Shown: positions 39,999 to 50,600 of the stretch, piece by piece
How positions within the stretch are numbered: the stretch's first letter is position 1
Layout: every line of letters begins with the position of its first letter
DNA from: an uncultured Poribacteria bacterium
GTDB taxonomy: Bacteria; Poribacteria; WGA-4E; WGA-3G
Direction of reading: 5' to 3'
DNA length: 64,000 bases
Assembly (NCBI GenBank): GCA_958296135.2
Contig: CATQHZ020000001.1
Coordinates: forward strand, 3,264,001 to 3,328,000
Notes under the pieces: model-generated
Told to the model about the DNA's origin: nothing
What the model saw: the letters and a program-made list of their open reading frames with translations, nothing else
The model's database searches: none
Made by a program: the position numbers and the translations under genes

Positions 39999-40787
39999 AT
40001 GATAAGCGAACGCATTGCGAATAACAAAAATAGCATTGAGGCAGAAAACCTCAGCCTTTGGTACGGCGATTTTCAGGCACTCATCGATGTCAGCCTAAAG
40101 ATACCGGTCGGACAAATCACCGCGCTTATTGGCCCCTCCGGATGCGGGAAGACGACGCTGCTGCGCTGTTTCAATCGCGTGAATGAACGCTACGGCAACG
40201 TCACCACAACGGGTGAGATTAAAGTGTTGGGGAAAAATATCTATGACGCGGATGTCTCCTTGCCGGAACTTCGCAAAACGGTAGGCATGGTATTCCAGCG
40301 GCCCAACCCGTTGCCGATTTCGATTTATGAGAACATCTTGTTCGGGCTGCGCATCCACTCTCCATTGCGGAGCCTGTCGCGAAGCGATGCGGACGCGATT
40401 GTCGAAGAGGCACTCAGGGCCGTCTTTCTGTGGGATGACCTGAAGGATAAGTTGAAGGCGCGCGCAACGTCGCTACAACTGGAGCAGCAACAGAAACTCT
40501 GCATCGCGCGGTTGTTGCCTCTCAAACCGAAGATTATCTTGATGGACGAACCGTGCTCTGCGCTTGATGCAAAAGGCACACTCGCCGTGGAAGAATTGAT
40601 GTCGGTGCTGTCCGGCGCGTATACCTTCCTCATCGTAACGCATAACATGGCACAGGCGCGCCGTGTCAGCGACGAGTGCATCTTCATGTTCCTTGGAGAA
40701 CTGATTGAACATCGAGAAACGCAGGCTTTGTTTCAAACGCCGGAAAACCCGAAAACCGCGGACTATGTGCAAATGCGCTACGGTTAA
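39999..40787 (+). CDS. pstB: Phosphate ABC ATPase PstB copy 2 (degenerate signature)
   Basis: GPSGCGKT, signature LQLEQ, LMDEPCSALD, VTHN. Confidence 0.9.
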   Translation: MISERIANNKNSIEAENLSLWYGDFQALIDVSLKIPVGQITALIGPSGCGKTTLLRCFNRVNERYGNVTTTGEIKVLGKNIYDADVSLPELRKTVGMVFQRPNPLPISIYENILFGLRIHSPLRSLSRSDADAIVEEALRAVFLWDDLKDKLKARATSLQLEQQQKLCIARLLPLKPKIILMDEPCSALDAKGTLAVEELMSVLSGAYTFLIVTHNMAQARRVSDECIFMFLGELIEHRETQALFQTPENPKTADYVQMRYG

Positions 40788-40829
40788 TGTGTACTTCCTA
40801 GCGGTGGTTTGGCTGCCCTTGTGCAGAGC

Positions 40830-40885
40830 CGGTTGACTTAGCAGGCCATTTTGACATCGTCAAAACTTGCATCTTTTCGCTAACG
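40830..40885. repeat. Dispersed element GGTTGACTTAGCAGGCC + hairpin..GCTAA; second copy near 63886-63938
   Basis: 17-nt exact match and similar stem architecture. Confidence 0.7.
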
Positions 40886-41017
40886 TTCAAAAAGAGCAAC
40901 TCAGATTTGCGTAAACCTCAGTAGAACTGACGCAGAAACGAACCCAGTAGGCGCGCTTGGAAACAGCACCTACCGTTGGAGAAGAATGCATTGGCGTAAG
41001 GCCTGCTCAGAAGAAAA

Positions 41018-41617
41018 ATGCAAGTATCAAACACCCTTTCCGGACCGCAAGGAAATCTCTATCTGATGCTACCTGTCGTCTTGCTCTCACTTTTTATCGG
41101 GGTGATATGCGGCATTTACATAGCCGAATGGCTTCCGAAAACCTATTGGCTTCGCCGCGTGATTGAGGGCAAAGTGGCCATCTTCGCCGGCATCCCTTCG
41201 CTTTTATACGGGCTGTTGGGCTTAGAGTTCTTCATCTTTCGGGATGTCGGGTTTAGGGTGCAGGCGTTAGTGTTCGTACTACTCGTGATGCCTATCGCAA
41301 TTCAGGCCACGCAGCGGGCGGTGCAGCGCGTTGACTTACCTCTCCGGGAGGCGGCGTATGCCCTCGGCACGAATAGATGGCGCGTACTGGCAGACCACGT
41401 CTTTCCACTCGCTTTGACGACTATCCTCGCAGGGAGCTGCAGGGCCCTGTCCCGCGCGCTCGCTGTGGCAGGACTGCTCATTATCGTGCATACAGTCTTG
41501 CACAGAGCCACCTCCGGTGAGGGAACAATAGGCGAAATTGGACTGGTTTTAAGCAGCGCGGTGGGTTTAAGTGTCCTCGGCAGCACGCTGGAACGGCACT
41601 CACCGCTCAATCTCTAA
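41018..41617 (+). CDS. Short, divergent PstA-like permease
   Basis: YIAEW, FAGIPSLLYG, REAAYALGTNRW; lacks GETAP. Confidence 0.8.
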   Translation: MQVSNTLSGPQGNLYLMLPVVLLSLFIGVICGIYIAEWLPKTYWLRRVIEGKVAIFAGIPSLLYGLLGLEFFIFRDVGFRVQALVFVLLVMPIAIQATQRAVQRVDLPLREAAYALGTNRWRVLADHVFPLALTTILAGSCRALSRALAVAGLLIIVHTVLHRATSGEGTIGEIGLVLSSAVGLSVLGSTLERHSPLNL

Positions 41618-41640
41618 AAAGGCCCGTAGGGATACCAAAA

Positions 41641-42417
41641 ATGGACAAAAACGTGTTAGACGCGCCTATTTTAAGCATCCGCAACCTCAGCGTCTGGTAC
41701 GGAAACAGCGAGCCAATTCTGCGCGACCTTTCCTTTGAAGTGAAGCGACGGCGGGTTACCGCACTCATCGGGCCATCGAACTGCGGCAAAAGCACCCTCG
41801 TGCGGTGCCTCAACCGTTTAAATGACTTCACGCCGAATTTCAGACTCACCGGCGAAATTCTTTTTAATGGGCAGAATCTCTACGCGTCGGAGGTAGATGC
41901 TACGGAAGTCCGGAAGCAGATAGGGATGGTGTTCGGAAAACCGGTGCCGTTTCACAAATCTATTTATCAGAACGTAGCCTACGGTGCGCAGATATCAGGC
42001 GTGAAGCCCTCCGCGCAACTTGATGTAATTGTGGAGAAAAGCCTCCGAAGCGCGAACCTATGGGACGAAGTAGAGCCCATTTTGAACGAAACGCCTGAGC
42101 GGCTCTCTATCGGACAGCAGCAGCGGCTCTGCATCGCGCGCGCCCTGGCGATTGCTCCCGAAGTGCTCATTTTTGATGAACCGTGCGGTGAACTAGACCC
42201 GGTGGAAACGCCGAAGGTGGAGGCACTCGTCCGAAATCTCAAGCAGGACTACACGCTCATTTTTGTCACAAACAAACGGCGGCAAGCGGCGCGCGTCTCG
42301 GATTTCGCGGGGTTCCTCTATTGCGGCGAACTAGTAGAATTTGGCGCGACAGAAAAGATTTTCACAAACCCGCAAGATGTTAGGACAGAACAGTATGTGA
42401 CAGGAAGACTCGGTTAA
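41641..42417 (+). CDS. pstB: Phosphate ABC ATPase PstB copy 3 (degenerate)
   Basis: GPSNCGKS, LSIGQ, IFDEPCGELD, VTNK, YVTGRLG. Confidence 0.88.
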   Translation: MDKNVLDAPILSIRNLSVWYGNSEPILRDLSFEVKRRRVTALIGPSNCGKSTLVRCLNRLNDFTPNFRLTGEILFNGQNLYASEVDATEVRKQIGMVFGKPVPFHKSIYQNVAYGAQISGVKPSAQLDVIVEKSLRSANLWDEVEPILNETPERLSIGQQQRLCIARALAIAPEVLIFDEPCGELDPVETPKVEALVRNLKQDYTLIFVTNKRRQAARVSDFAGFLYCGELVEFGATEKIFTNPQDVRTEQYVTGRLG

Positions 42418-42474
42418 AGGCGCGGTTGCAAACCGCGCCTACGGGGGCCGCCGAACGCATTGCGACAAACAAAA

Positions 42475-43161
42475 ATGCTAGAAACGGAACTCAAGGTGCT
42501 TCAGCACCAACTCTTAGAAATGGCGGGAATTGCCGAACGCATGCTACATCAGGCAGTTGAATCGGTTCTCACGCGCGATGAAGTCCTCGCGCGCGCCGTT
42601 GTCGCAACAGACGATACAGTCGACTCGTTTGAAAACCAGATCGAAGCTGCCTGTATTCAACTCATCGCGCTCCACCAACCTGTGGCGTTTGAACTCCGGT
42701 TTCTGACCGCGGCGATGAAGATCTGCCGTCACATCGAACGGTTAGCCGATAAAAGCGTCTCCATCGCCAAACGGAGCCTTGAGTTATTGGCATACCCGCC
42801 TTTCCTTTCCGTAGACAGAGCGACGTTCGTCGATTTACCGTACGTCGCGCGCTTCATTCAGGAAATGGTAAAGGACGCACTAGATGCATTTGTCAATCGA
42901 AATGCGGAACTGGCGCGAGAAATCCGGGAACGCGACAGTAAAGTTGATGCCATATACGCGCGCGTCCTCCCCGAAATCCTCTCAATTTTTAGTGAGCATC
43001 CAAAGCTAATTCAGCCAGGTATCAGCATTTTGCTTCTCTTCCGGCATTTGGAGCGGGTGGGCGATTTATCGGCGAATATCGGGGAAGAGGTGTATTATCT
43101 CGTTAAAGGCGATGTGATTCGGCATCACAATGCCACGAAAAAAACACTGAAGTTTCAGTAA
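42475..43161 (+). CDS. phoU: Phosphate signalling protein PhoU
   Basis: QPVAFELR, ERLAD, LERVGD. Confidence 0.95.
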   Translation: MLETELKVLQHQLLEMAGIAERMLHQAVESVLTRDEVLARAVVATDDTVDSFENQIEAACIQLIALHQPVAFELRFLTAAMKICRHIERLADKSVSIAKRSLELLAYPPFLSVDRATFVDLPYVARFIQEMVKDALDAFVNRNAELAREIRERDSKVDAIYARVLPEILSIFSEHPKLIQPGISILLLFRHLERVGDLSANIGEEVYYLVKGDVIRHHNATKKTLKFQ

Positions 43162-43422
43162 TGAAGGCGTTCGCCGCGAGAGCGTGTCAGGACAGATGTC
43201 TCTACCCGCCCATCACTCAAAATTACCCGTTTATTTTCTTAATCTTCATATTTTTTCCTTGACAAATTTGTTTTGCATGTGGTATCTTATTGATAGGAAT
43301 TCCCCCTTATACCAAATGATGTTAACGCGTCTTGTTAAGTCGCTTGGCGTATCCTTTCGGCACAATTTGGTATGACTTCATGGGCTGGATTCTAACAACG
43401 AAAATTTGGAAAAGGAGAGGTG

Positions 43423-44313
43423 ATGGCATCTTTTGACAGCGCATCGAAAAGACAAGTGCAAAAGAATCCCAGAGATTTCGTGGCGTTCTGTTTCAAACTG
43501 CGGAACATGGCAGACGAGGACTTCACCGACGTGGAACTCATCACGCCGGAGCAACCCACCGTTGAAATGCACCAGACAGACATCCTCATTAAGGTGAAAC
43601 TCCGAGGCAAATATGTCTTGGTGCATTTTGAGATTCAAACTACCGATAGTTTTGAAACGCCCATGGCACTCCGGATGGCAGGTTATATCCTCTGGCTAGT
43701 CAGAAAATACCGGATGGACGTTTACTCCAATGTGATTTATCTGCGTCCCGACGCCGGCCGAAACGACCCGGGGAAGTTTGAACAGAAAATACCGGGCAAT
43801 GAAATTTTGGTTGAATACCAAGTCGTTCGTCTGGCAGAACTGGACGGCCAGACGGTTCTTGACGCGAGCCCTACCGGTTTGCTACCGTTCACGCCGCTGA
43901 TGAAACCGCCTGGCGGCGTGGCTGAGGACGAATGGTTGCACCGGTGCATTGAAACGGCGGATACTGTTGATGTGCCGAACAAGCTGGATACCCTCGGGGT
44001 GATGGCTGTGTTGGGCAACTTACTCTATGACAAGAAACACATTTTGGATATCGTAAGGAGGATAACCATGAACGCAGCACCTATCGTCCAATACTTCGGG
44101 GAGCAGGCCGCAGCGGAAGCACGACGAGAAAACTCGCGTGAACACATCCTAGAAGTATTGGAACTTCGGTTGCACCCGGACATAGCGCGCGATTTTCAAC
44201 CAACGATAGAGGCAATTGACGACTTGCAACGCCTCAAGCAGTTGCATCGTGCCGCAATACGGGCAAACTCCATCGAAGACTTCCGGCGAGCTTTAGACGC
44301 AGATGGAAAATGA
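43423..44313 (+). CDS. Rpn family (YhgA-like) PD-(D/E)XK nuclease / putative transposase
   Basis: FDSASK, TDILI..VHFEIQT, MALRMAGY, LLPFTPLMK; AAGGAGAGG RBS. Confidence 0.85.
   Translation: MASFDSASKRQVQKNPRDFVAFCFKLRNMADEDFTDVELITPEQPTVEMHQTDILIKVKLRGKYVLVHFEIQTTDSFETPMALRMAGYILWLVRKYRMDVYSNVIYLRPDAGRNDPGKFEQKIPGNEILVEYQVVRLAELDGQTVLDASPTGLLPFTPLMKPPGGVAEDEWLHRCIETADTVDVPNKLDTLGVMAVLGNLLYDKKHILDIVRRITMNAAPIVQYFGEQAAAEARRENSREHILEVLELRLHPDIARDFQPTIEAIDDLQRLKQLHRAAIRANSIEDFRRALDADGK
44068..44313 (+). CDS. Nested in-frame small protein (RpnS-like, 81 aa)
   Basis: Internal TAAGGAGG-N6-ATG at 44054-44070. Confidence 0.7.
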   Translation: MNAAPIVQYFGEQAAAEARRENSREHILEVLELRLHPDIARDFQPTIEAIDDLQRLKQLHRAAIRANSIEDFRRALDADGK

Positions 44314-44371
44314 GTCACCAAGGGCGCGGTTCATAACCGCGCTGACTCGTCTTTACCAACGGAGACTAACC

Positions 44372-44617
44372 ATGAACGCAGCACCTATCGTCCAATACTT
44401 CGGGGAGCAGGCCGCAGCGGAAGCACGACGAGAAAACTCGCGTGAACACATCCTAGAAGTATTGGAACTTCAGTTGCATCCAGACATAGCGCGCGATTTT
44501 CAACCAGCACTGGAGGCAATTGACGACTTGCAACGCCTCAAGCAGTTGCATCGTGCCGCAATACGGGCAAACTCCGTCGAAGACTTCCAGAAAGTTTTGG
44601 ACGCAAACGGAACATAA
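44372..44617 (+). CDS. Free-standing duplicate of the Rpn C-terminal module (81 aa)
   Basis: 72/81 aa identical to 44068-44313; own GGAG RBS. Confidence 0.8.
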   Translation: MNAAPIVQYFGEQAAAEARRENSREHILEVLELQLHPDIARDFQPALEAIDDLQRLKQLHRAAIRANSVEDFQKVLDANGT

Positions 44618-44630
44618 ATCGCAAACGGCG

Positions 44631-44664
44631 AAGCAGGCAGGACACCGTGCCCTGCCTGCTTTTT
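44631..44664. terminator. Intrinsic terminator
   Basis: aagcaggcagg..cctgcctgctttttg hairpin. Confidence 0.65.
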
Positions 44665-44678
44665 GCCGCACTACGCCT

Positions 44679-45809
44679 CTACTCCGAATAAAAATGCACA
44701 TCCCGCTGCGGAAATGGCACGGTAATCCCATATTCCTGAAACTTATCCCAAATCATGAAATGCAAATCGCTGGCGATATCAAAACGTTCAAAAGAATCAG
44801 GAATCCACGCAAACAACTCAAAATCTAAAGAGGATTCCCCGAAACTAATGAAGCGAACGAACGGCGCAGTGACATTCTTCTGTGAAGGCATTGGTGCCTT
44901 GAGCACGCGCGGATGCGCATGCGCCACCTCCAACAACGCCTTTTTGACGAGAGCCACGTCCGAACTATAGGCGACACCCACCGGAACGCGCACCCGAAAA
45001 CGGCTGTTATAGTGCGTCAGATTATGCACCGACTCAGTAATGAGCTGCGAATTCGGAACGATAATCTCTTTCTCATCCAACGCGACGATAATCGTTGAAC
45101 GGAGATTGATAGCACTCACTCTGCCGAATATATTCGTATCTGTGATTTCCACCAAATCTCCGATTTTAATCGGACGTTCAAAAATCAGGATAATTCCCGA
45201 CACGAGGTTTGAGGCGATGTTCTGCAAACCGAAACCGATGCCGATACTCAAACCACCCAGGATGACGATGAGGTTCGTCAAACCTAACCCGATGGTATTC
45301 AGGCTGATTAACACGCCGAGAGTGACAACGCCGATGTGAAAGAACCGCAGGAGGACAAATTGGGTGTGCTCAGCAATGTGAAAAGCGTATAAAATTTGCT
45401 CCCGGATAACCCACTGCGCGTATTTGGACAAGATAAACACGCCAACGACGATGATAAACCCATAAAACAGTTTCGCCAGTGTCAGACTCTTTTCGCCAAT
45501 CAGAATTTCGTAGGTAAAGAGTGCCTCAAGTTGCCCAACGCTAATGTTCGCAATCTCCAGGCCCACCACGAAGCCCACAACCATAATGATGAGGAACAAA
45601 AGCGCGAGCAGCCGGTTCTGCGTGCTGTCAGGCATCCTTAATTTGCTAAAAAGGCGACTGAGGCGCCGCCGCAAAAATCCCGCGAAAGCGACGAACACCG
45701 CCAACGTTCCGATTAACGTGAGAATCTCAAGGAAGTTGACTTCCTGCCCGTTTAATGTCAGGGCCGTCCCATCTAAAAAATCTAGAAGACGTTGAATCAA
45801 TTCACTCAT
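44679..45809 (-). CDS. mscS: Small-conductance mechanosensitive channel
   Basis: GIGFGLQNIASNLVSG, ERPIKIGD, VPFPQRD. Confidence 0.92.
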   Translation of the reverse strand: MSELIQRLLDFLDGTALTLNGQEVNFLEILTLIGTLAVFVAFAGFLRRRLSRLFSKLRMPDSTQNRLLALLFLIIMVVGFVVGLEIANISVGQLEALFTYEILIGEKSLTLAKLFYGFIIVVGVFILSKYAQWVIREQILYAFHIAEHTQFVLLRFFHIGVVTLGVLISLNTIGLGLTNLIVILGGLSIGIGFGLQNIASNLVSGIILIFERPIKIGDLVEITDTNIFGRVSAINLRSTIIVALDEKEIIVPNSQLITESVHNLTHYNSRFRVRVPVGVAYSSDVALVKKALLEVAHAHPRVLKAPMPSQKNVTAPFVRFISFGESSLDFELFAWIPDSFERFDIASDLHFMIWDKFQEYGITVPFPQRDVHFYSE

Positions 45810-45852
45810 CTGACGCTACCCTGTACCGAAAAACGAAAGAGCCCTGCCACAA

Positions 45853-46566
45853 CTACAACTTCACTCGCAAAATGGTGAGATACTTGTAGTGCCACCTGTC
45901 CGTGAGCGGCGCACTATTGTAATTCAGCGCACCGCTTATCCGCAAACCTAGCCGCGTAGACAAGTCAAACGTGATAGCCGGCTCAGCCGACAGCTTGAAA
46001 TTTTTAAACCCCACTTCCGGCGTGAACTTCAACTGCGTATTGAGCTTGCGCCACCCGACAGACGAAAATGCCAACCACCGAAACGAAGTCGGATCGAACC
46101 TTCTTAAAACCAGCCCACGCCGCGGTTGGATATTCTCAATGAAACCGCCGAAACCGCCGGAGATACGGAGCCGCCCGCGCTCGTAAATTCTCGGACGAAA
46201 ATAGATACCGATTTGCGACGTGAGCGCGCTGCCCGCCGCGATGTTCCGCTCCACATCGGAAAACGCCTCAATCCCGAACGTGCCGATACGGAAACCGCCT
46301 TGAACATGCGCCTTCACAATCTCCGAAAGCACTTCTTCATCGCTAGCCGCACGCGAACTGTAAATGCCAGCCCACCCATTCATTCTCGCAACCGGCACAA
46401 CAACCGTCACCGTGAACGTCTGCGAGGCACCATCGCCGGAAAGCCCAATGTCTATCGTCTTCTCATCGCGCGGCAAATCGGCGAACTGGCAGAAACCGGA
46501 CAGGGCCAACAAAAGTGAAAGGAGCAGGGCAACCCAAACTGCTCGCTGCTCTATATAGGTTTCCAT
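45853..46566 (-). CDS. Putative outer-membrane beta-barrel protein
   Basis: Signal peptide; amphipathic beta strands to the C-terminus. Confidence 0.6.
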   Translation of the reverse strand: METYIEQRAVWVALLLSLLLALSGFCQFADLPRDEKTIDIGLSGDGASQTFTVTVVVPVARMNGWAGIYSSRAASDEEVLSEIVKAHVQGGFRIGTFGIEAFSDVERNIAAGSALTSQIGIYFRPRIYERGRLRISGGFGGFIENIQPRRGLVLRRFDPTSFRWLAFSSVGWRKLNTQLKFTPEVGFKNFKLSAEPAITFDLSTRLGLRISGALNYNSAPLTDRWHYKYLTILRVKL

Positions 46567-46575
46567 TGCCCCTCA

Positions 46576-47031
46576 TCATAACGCGTTCAGCGAGACAGTC
46601 GCTTCGAGTCCCACCGAAAAAGTCGATTGGATAAGCCCAAAAATTATCAACCCCCCGGCCGCACAACCCGCACCCGCATACCGCAATTGCAACGCACTGA
46701 CCCGGGATTGGTAGGTACTCGTATAGATATTCACATACTCTGGCGGTTTGCCCAAAAACCGTACCGCCGGCGGCGGCAGCGGATACAAATAACTCCCCGC
46801 AAGCCCAGCCGCCGATACCAAGCAACCGTTCTCAAGCAGGGCGACGCTGGAAAGCAGCACGCCCGCACCGAACCACAAAAGCTTATTCACATCTGCCGCC
46901 GCCTCCATCTCAGCAGCCGCTCTCGCCTCTGCTACCATCGAATTATTTTGCGCAAACGCGTCGAAAGGCGCAACACACGCCACGGAAACCATCAAAAAGA
47001 TGGAAAGGTAGGTTATGAAACGAATTTGCAT
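46576..47031 (-). CDS. Hypothetical exported/membrane protein
   Basis: AAGGAGG RBS, signal peptide, Gly-rich hydrophobic segments. Confidence 0.75.
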   Translation of the reverse strand: MQIRFITYLSIFLMVSVACVAPFDAFAQNNSMVAEARAAAEMEAAADVNKLLWFGAGVLLSSVALLENGCLVSAAGLAGSYLYPLPPPAVRFLGKPPEYVNIYTSTYQSRVSALQLRYAGAGCAAGGLIIFGLIQSTFSVGLEATVSLNAL

Positions 47032-47047
47032 CTGTTCCTCCTTGATG

Positions 47048-47115
47048 GCGAGGGACAGCCCCTCGCGCTACGGAATATTACGAGCAAGAGCGAGGGACAG
47101 CCCCTCACCCTACGG
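47048..47115. repeat. Two tandem copies of palindrome family B (GCGAGGGACAGCCCCTCGCGCTAC); related copies near 6345-6410, 50842-50890, 57097
   Basis: Direct repeat visible; ends in CTAC. Confidence 0.85.
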
Positions 47116-47158
47116 AAAATCGCCCGACAAAAAACGGGACAGTTCGGAAACACCAACG

Positions 47159-47590
47159 CTACTCAGCCTTCCCGTCAGCATCGCCATCGTCCTCCTCTTC
47201 GTCCTCCTCCTTCTTGCTCTCCTTCTCAAGTAGATCCCGGTAAGCCTGGTTCTTTTTCTCCAGCCGGTAAATCAGGAACTCCAGAACGAGCAGGACTGTC
47301 ATCAGCAATAACAAGAAGCCGAAAAGGATAACATAAAACCAATGGCTATACGAGCCGCGCAGCGTGCAATAGAGCAGGTGACCGGCAAGAAACAGTTTCC
47401 ACCTGCGAAGGACGAATTGCATGAGACGACTTCGCTCGATGAATTCTTCCCATCCCCCACGTAAGACGTGAAAGATAAACCGAAAAACGTTGAAGACGAC
47501 GAAGCAATCATACGCAAACTGAATCCAACCGAGCACCTCGAGGAACGTCTCGTTCGCGAACGGTGTACCTGAAAGCCAATCAAGAAGCAT
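47159..47590 (-). CDS. Hypothetical membrane protein with acidic tail
   Basis: Three hydrophobic segments; GAGG RBS. Confidence 0.65.
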   Translation of the reverse strand: MLLDWLSGTPFANETFLEVLGWIQFAYDCFVVFNVFRFIFHVLRGGWEEFIERSRLMQFVLRRWKLFLAGHLLYCTLRGSYSHWFYVILFGFLLLLMTVLLVLEFLIYRLEKKNQAYRDLLEKESKKEEDEEEDDGDADGKAE

Positions 47591-47656
47591 ATCTTTTTTC
47601 CTCTAGGTTATGATGCGTTACAGTGCCATAGGCGCGGACGCAGTTTGAAACCGCGC

Positions 47657-50600
47657 CTACCCTGCGCGCCGCGATTTCTTCGCGCCATCAATGCTCGGCT
47701 CCGCGCACAACTTCGCACGCAAAAGCGCAAGCCCCTCATGAACCTCCGGATGCGTCCCCTCACCGAAACCGAGCACCTCCGATAACAAACGCCTGTCAAG
47801 CTGATGCCGAACCGCATCGCCAACCATCTCGTTGAACGGATACAACACCGCCCCCTTCAACTCATGGAAAATCTGCTCCGCCGCCGCCAATTGCGCCGCA
47901 CTGAGCCGCGTCACATCCAACGTCGGCAAAGCACGCAACGTTCTTTTTCGGAGTATCCCACGGCCCTGCTGTTGCTTGCCGCACTGCAACCAATGACAGA
48001 GCAACCCTAGCGTGGAATTCCCCCACAACGCCCACGCATACTCATAACTTTCGTCTGTAAAGCGAACGTTGGGAAGCGTATTCACACCGATGGTTTTCTG
48101 CTCCGTAAATAGCACCAGCAGCGAACCCGCATTAAACCGGATGCTTTCGCTGTAGTGAATTCGGCTGTTGAGTGCCATGATCTTCGCAACTTTGTCTTCA
48201 CAATCGGGCCGAGGAAGCGCGTGTGCATCAGGTCCGACAAGCATTGTCTTCTGTTGCTTGGAATTCACATGCCACAAACACGGATAATCTGCAGTGTCTG
48301 GACACCCTTTCTCAACGTCAAACGCGCCCTCTCCGCCATCGCCGTAGATAGACAGCGGGCCCATACTCGTTTTAGCGATGTCAGACAACCGGCATATAGG
48401 AATTGAAAGCGGCTCTAACTGCCGCGGGAGGCGTAGCACGCCGTTTGCGAGTTGATGCGCCACCTGCGCCACGCTCATATCCTTGATGCGGCACACGGGC
48501 CAGCCCTCCTCAACGTCTGGCAGCGGTGCGTCCATCGCATACCCTACCGTCTCCGTGCCCACCTTGATTGGGTTTCCACCGGTGATACCGTCTTCAAGCC
48601 GTCGTAGGGGTGAAACCCGTAGCGCGGGGGTCTGTCCCTCACGATGCCCCTTCCCGCATCGGCTGTCAGGCAGTTGGTGGACTTGGTTCGCGATTTCGCG
48701 CGCCTCCAGCACGCCCGCCGGCCGGCGATGGAGGCAGATAAAGGTGCCGCGGCCCGTCGCCTGTCCCTTCCCTTTCGTTGCAACGACGAGGCACTCCGCG
48801 ATGCCGGTATCCGCAGAGAACGTGCTGTTCGCAATCTCCTTATCGGCGATAGTGACGACGATGATGTCGCGATATTCTGTCGCCCAGAGTTTTCGCACCT
48901 TGCGCCAACTAGTGCCGGCGATGGCGTTGGATGGCAGCACTATCCCCATGACACCGTTCGGTTTCAGCATTTTATCAGCGAGTTCGACGAAGTGTGAAGC
49001 AACACCGGCATTTCCATCGCCGATGCTCCCTTTCAGGCTCTTGAGCGATTTTTTCATCGCACGTTCGATCTCCTCGTCTTTGTCGCCGAACGTCGTCTTC
49101 GGCACTTCAGAGTTTTTATCGGTATTCCCTTTGATATAGGGTGGATTTTGGATGACGATGTCAAACTCGCCGTGCCGAAATTCCTGCTGCGCTTGCGTGT
49201 TGATATCGCCCGTGCCGCCGACTCTGCGGCTCGCTGTCATCGGTATCGGCAGCGTCTCCGCGGGGTTACGGAGCAGGTTCAGCGCGCCGATGGCGTATTG
49301 CCCATCGGAACGGTGCGTGCCATATTCCATCGCATAGATACGCGTATCGCCGATTTTGATATTCGGATGCGTGCTAGCGATGATGGCGGCAGTGAGGTGC
49401 ACCGCGTTCGGCAAAATATCGCAACCGACGAGGTTCTTCTCCAGCATAAACTGATGGATATCCTCGCTTTTCCCACCTGCCTGTTCGTGAAAACCGAGGA
49501 GGCGTTGATAAACGCCGTTCAGCAGTGTACCGGTGCCGCAGGCGAAATCGGCTATCTTCGGAAGATGCGCAACCTTCCGAGAGGCAGGTTTGGAACCTGT
49601 CTCTTCGTTCGTCACCGGTGGTGGAGGTGGGAGAACCAACGCGGAAAGAAGTGCCGCCGATTCAGGACGCGTATAGTGCGCCTTGATGAACCGCCGGTCG
49701 GTAATCAATTTTTGGAAGACGATGCCGGCTAGTTCGTGCTCCCGTGCGAGCCCCATCTGCTCCAATTCGCGCGCCGTGTTGCGGAGCGTCCACAGCACCG
49801 CGCCGACAAGCCTGTCATCCAGCGCGATGGCGTTAACAAGCTCGACAGCCACATCGTAGATAGAGTGGTAGTTTACCGTCTGGATAGTGTACCACGCGTC
49901 GAAAACCAGGTCAGAATCCAGCAGCCCGTTTTGTCCCCGGAGGCGGCTGAGTGAGGGCACCGTCTCAAGTTCCGGCTTCCCGGCGAGGGAACTTTGAAAA
50001 ATGAACGCGTTCCCGATGATGAGCATCGCCATCCGGGTGGTTTGCGGACAGGATTCTTGATGGAGAGCCGACTCAATCTGTTTGCCGATTTCGGGCCGCG
50101 CCGCAATGGCAGTATCAACGAGTTTTCCCGCTGCTTCGATGCCGCGCTCCAGAATCTGGGCTGCCTCCTCAATCTTTGCGACAGGTGTCGCCCCGACGCG
50201 GATGGCATCGGCGATGTTTGAGACGCTGCCGGTGAGCCAATCTTCAGGGCCCGGCATCCCGCTGACTTGCGGAAAACGGTGCGGCGCATCCGTGCTGAGC
50301 AGGATATATTTGATGTCTTTTGCCGCTCCCATCTCAGAGAGAAGGCCACCCTGTTCGATAGTTCGGTAGCGGTGCGGGAACCGAATGGCGATGCCGGTAT
50401 GAATTGTCTCGCCGGACTGCTTGAGCGTTTGGCCGAGACAGTCGTCGAGGAGTTGTCCCTCGCCGCTGGTATCCGGCGCGCGTTCGCCATCAACCTTCAC
50501 CTCAATGGCAATAGCGTTCCGCTTCGGTTCGGTGATAACGGCATCCGGCTCCTTCTGATTCTCCCGAAACGGCCGGATCGGATGCGCCGCGACGCTCCAA

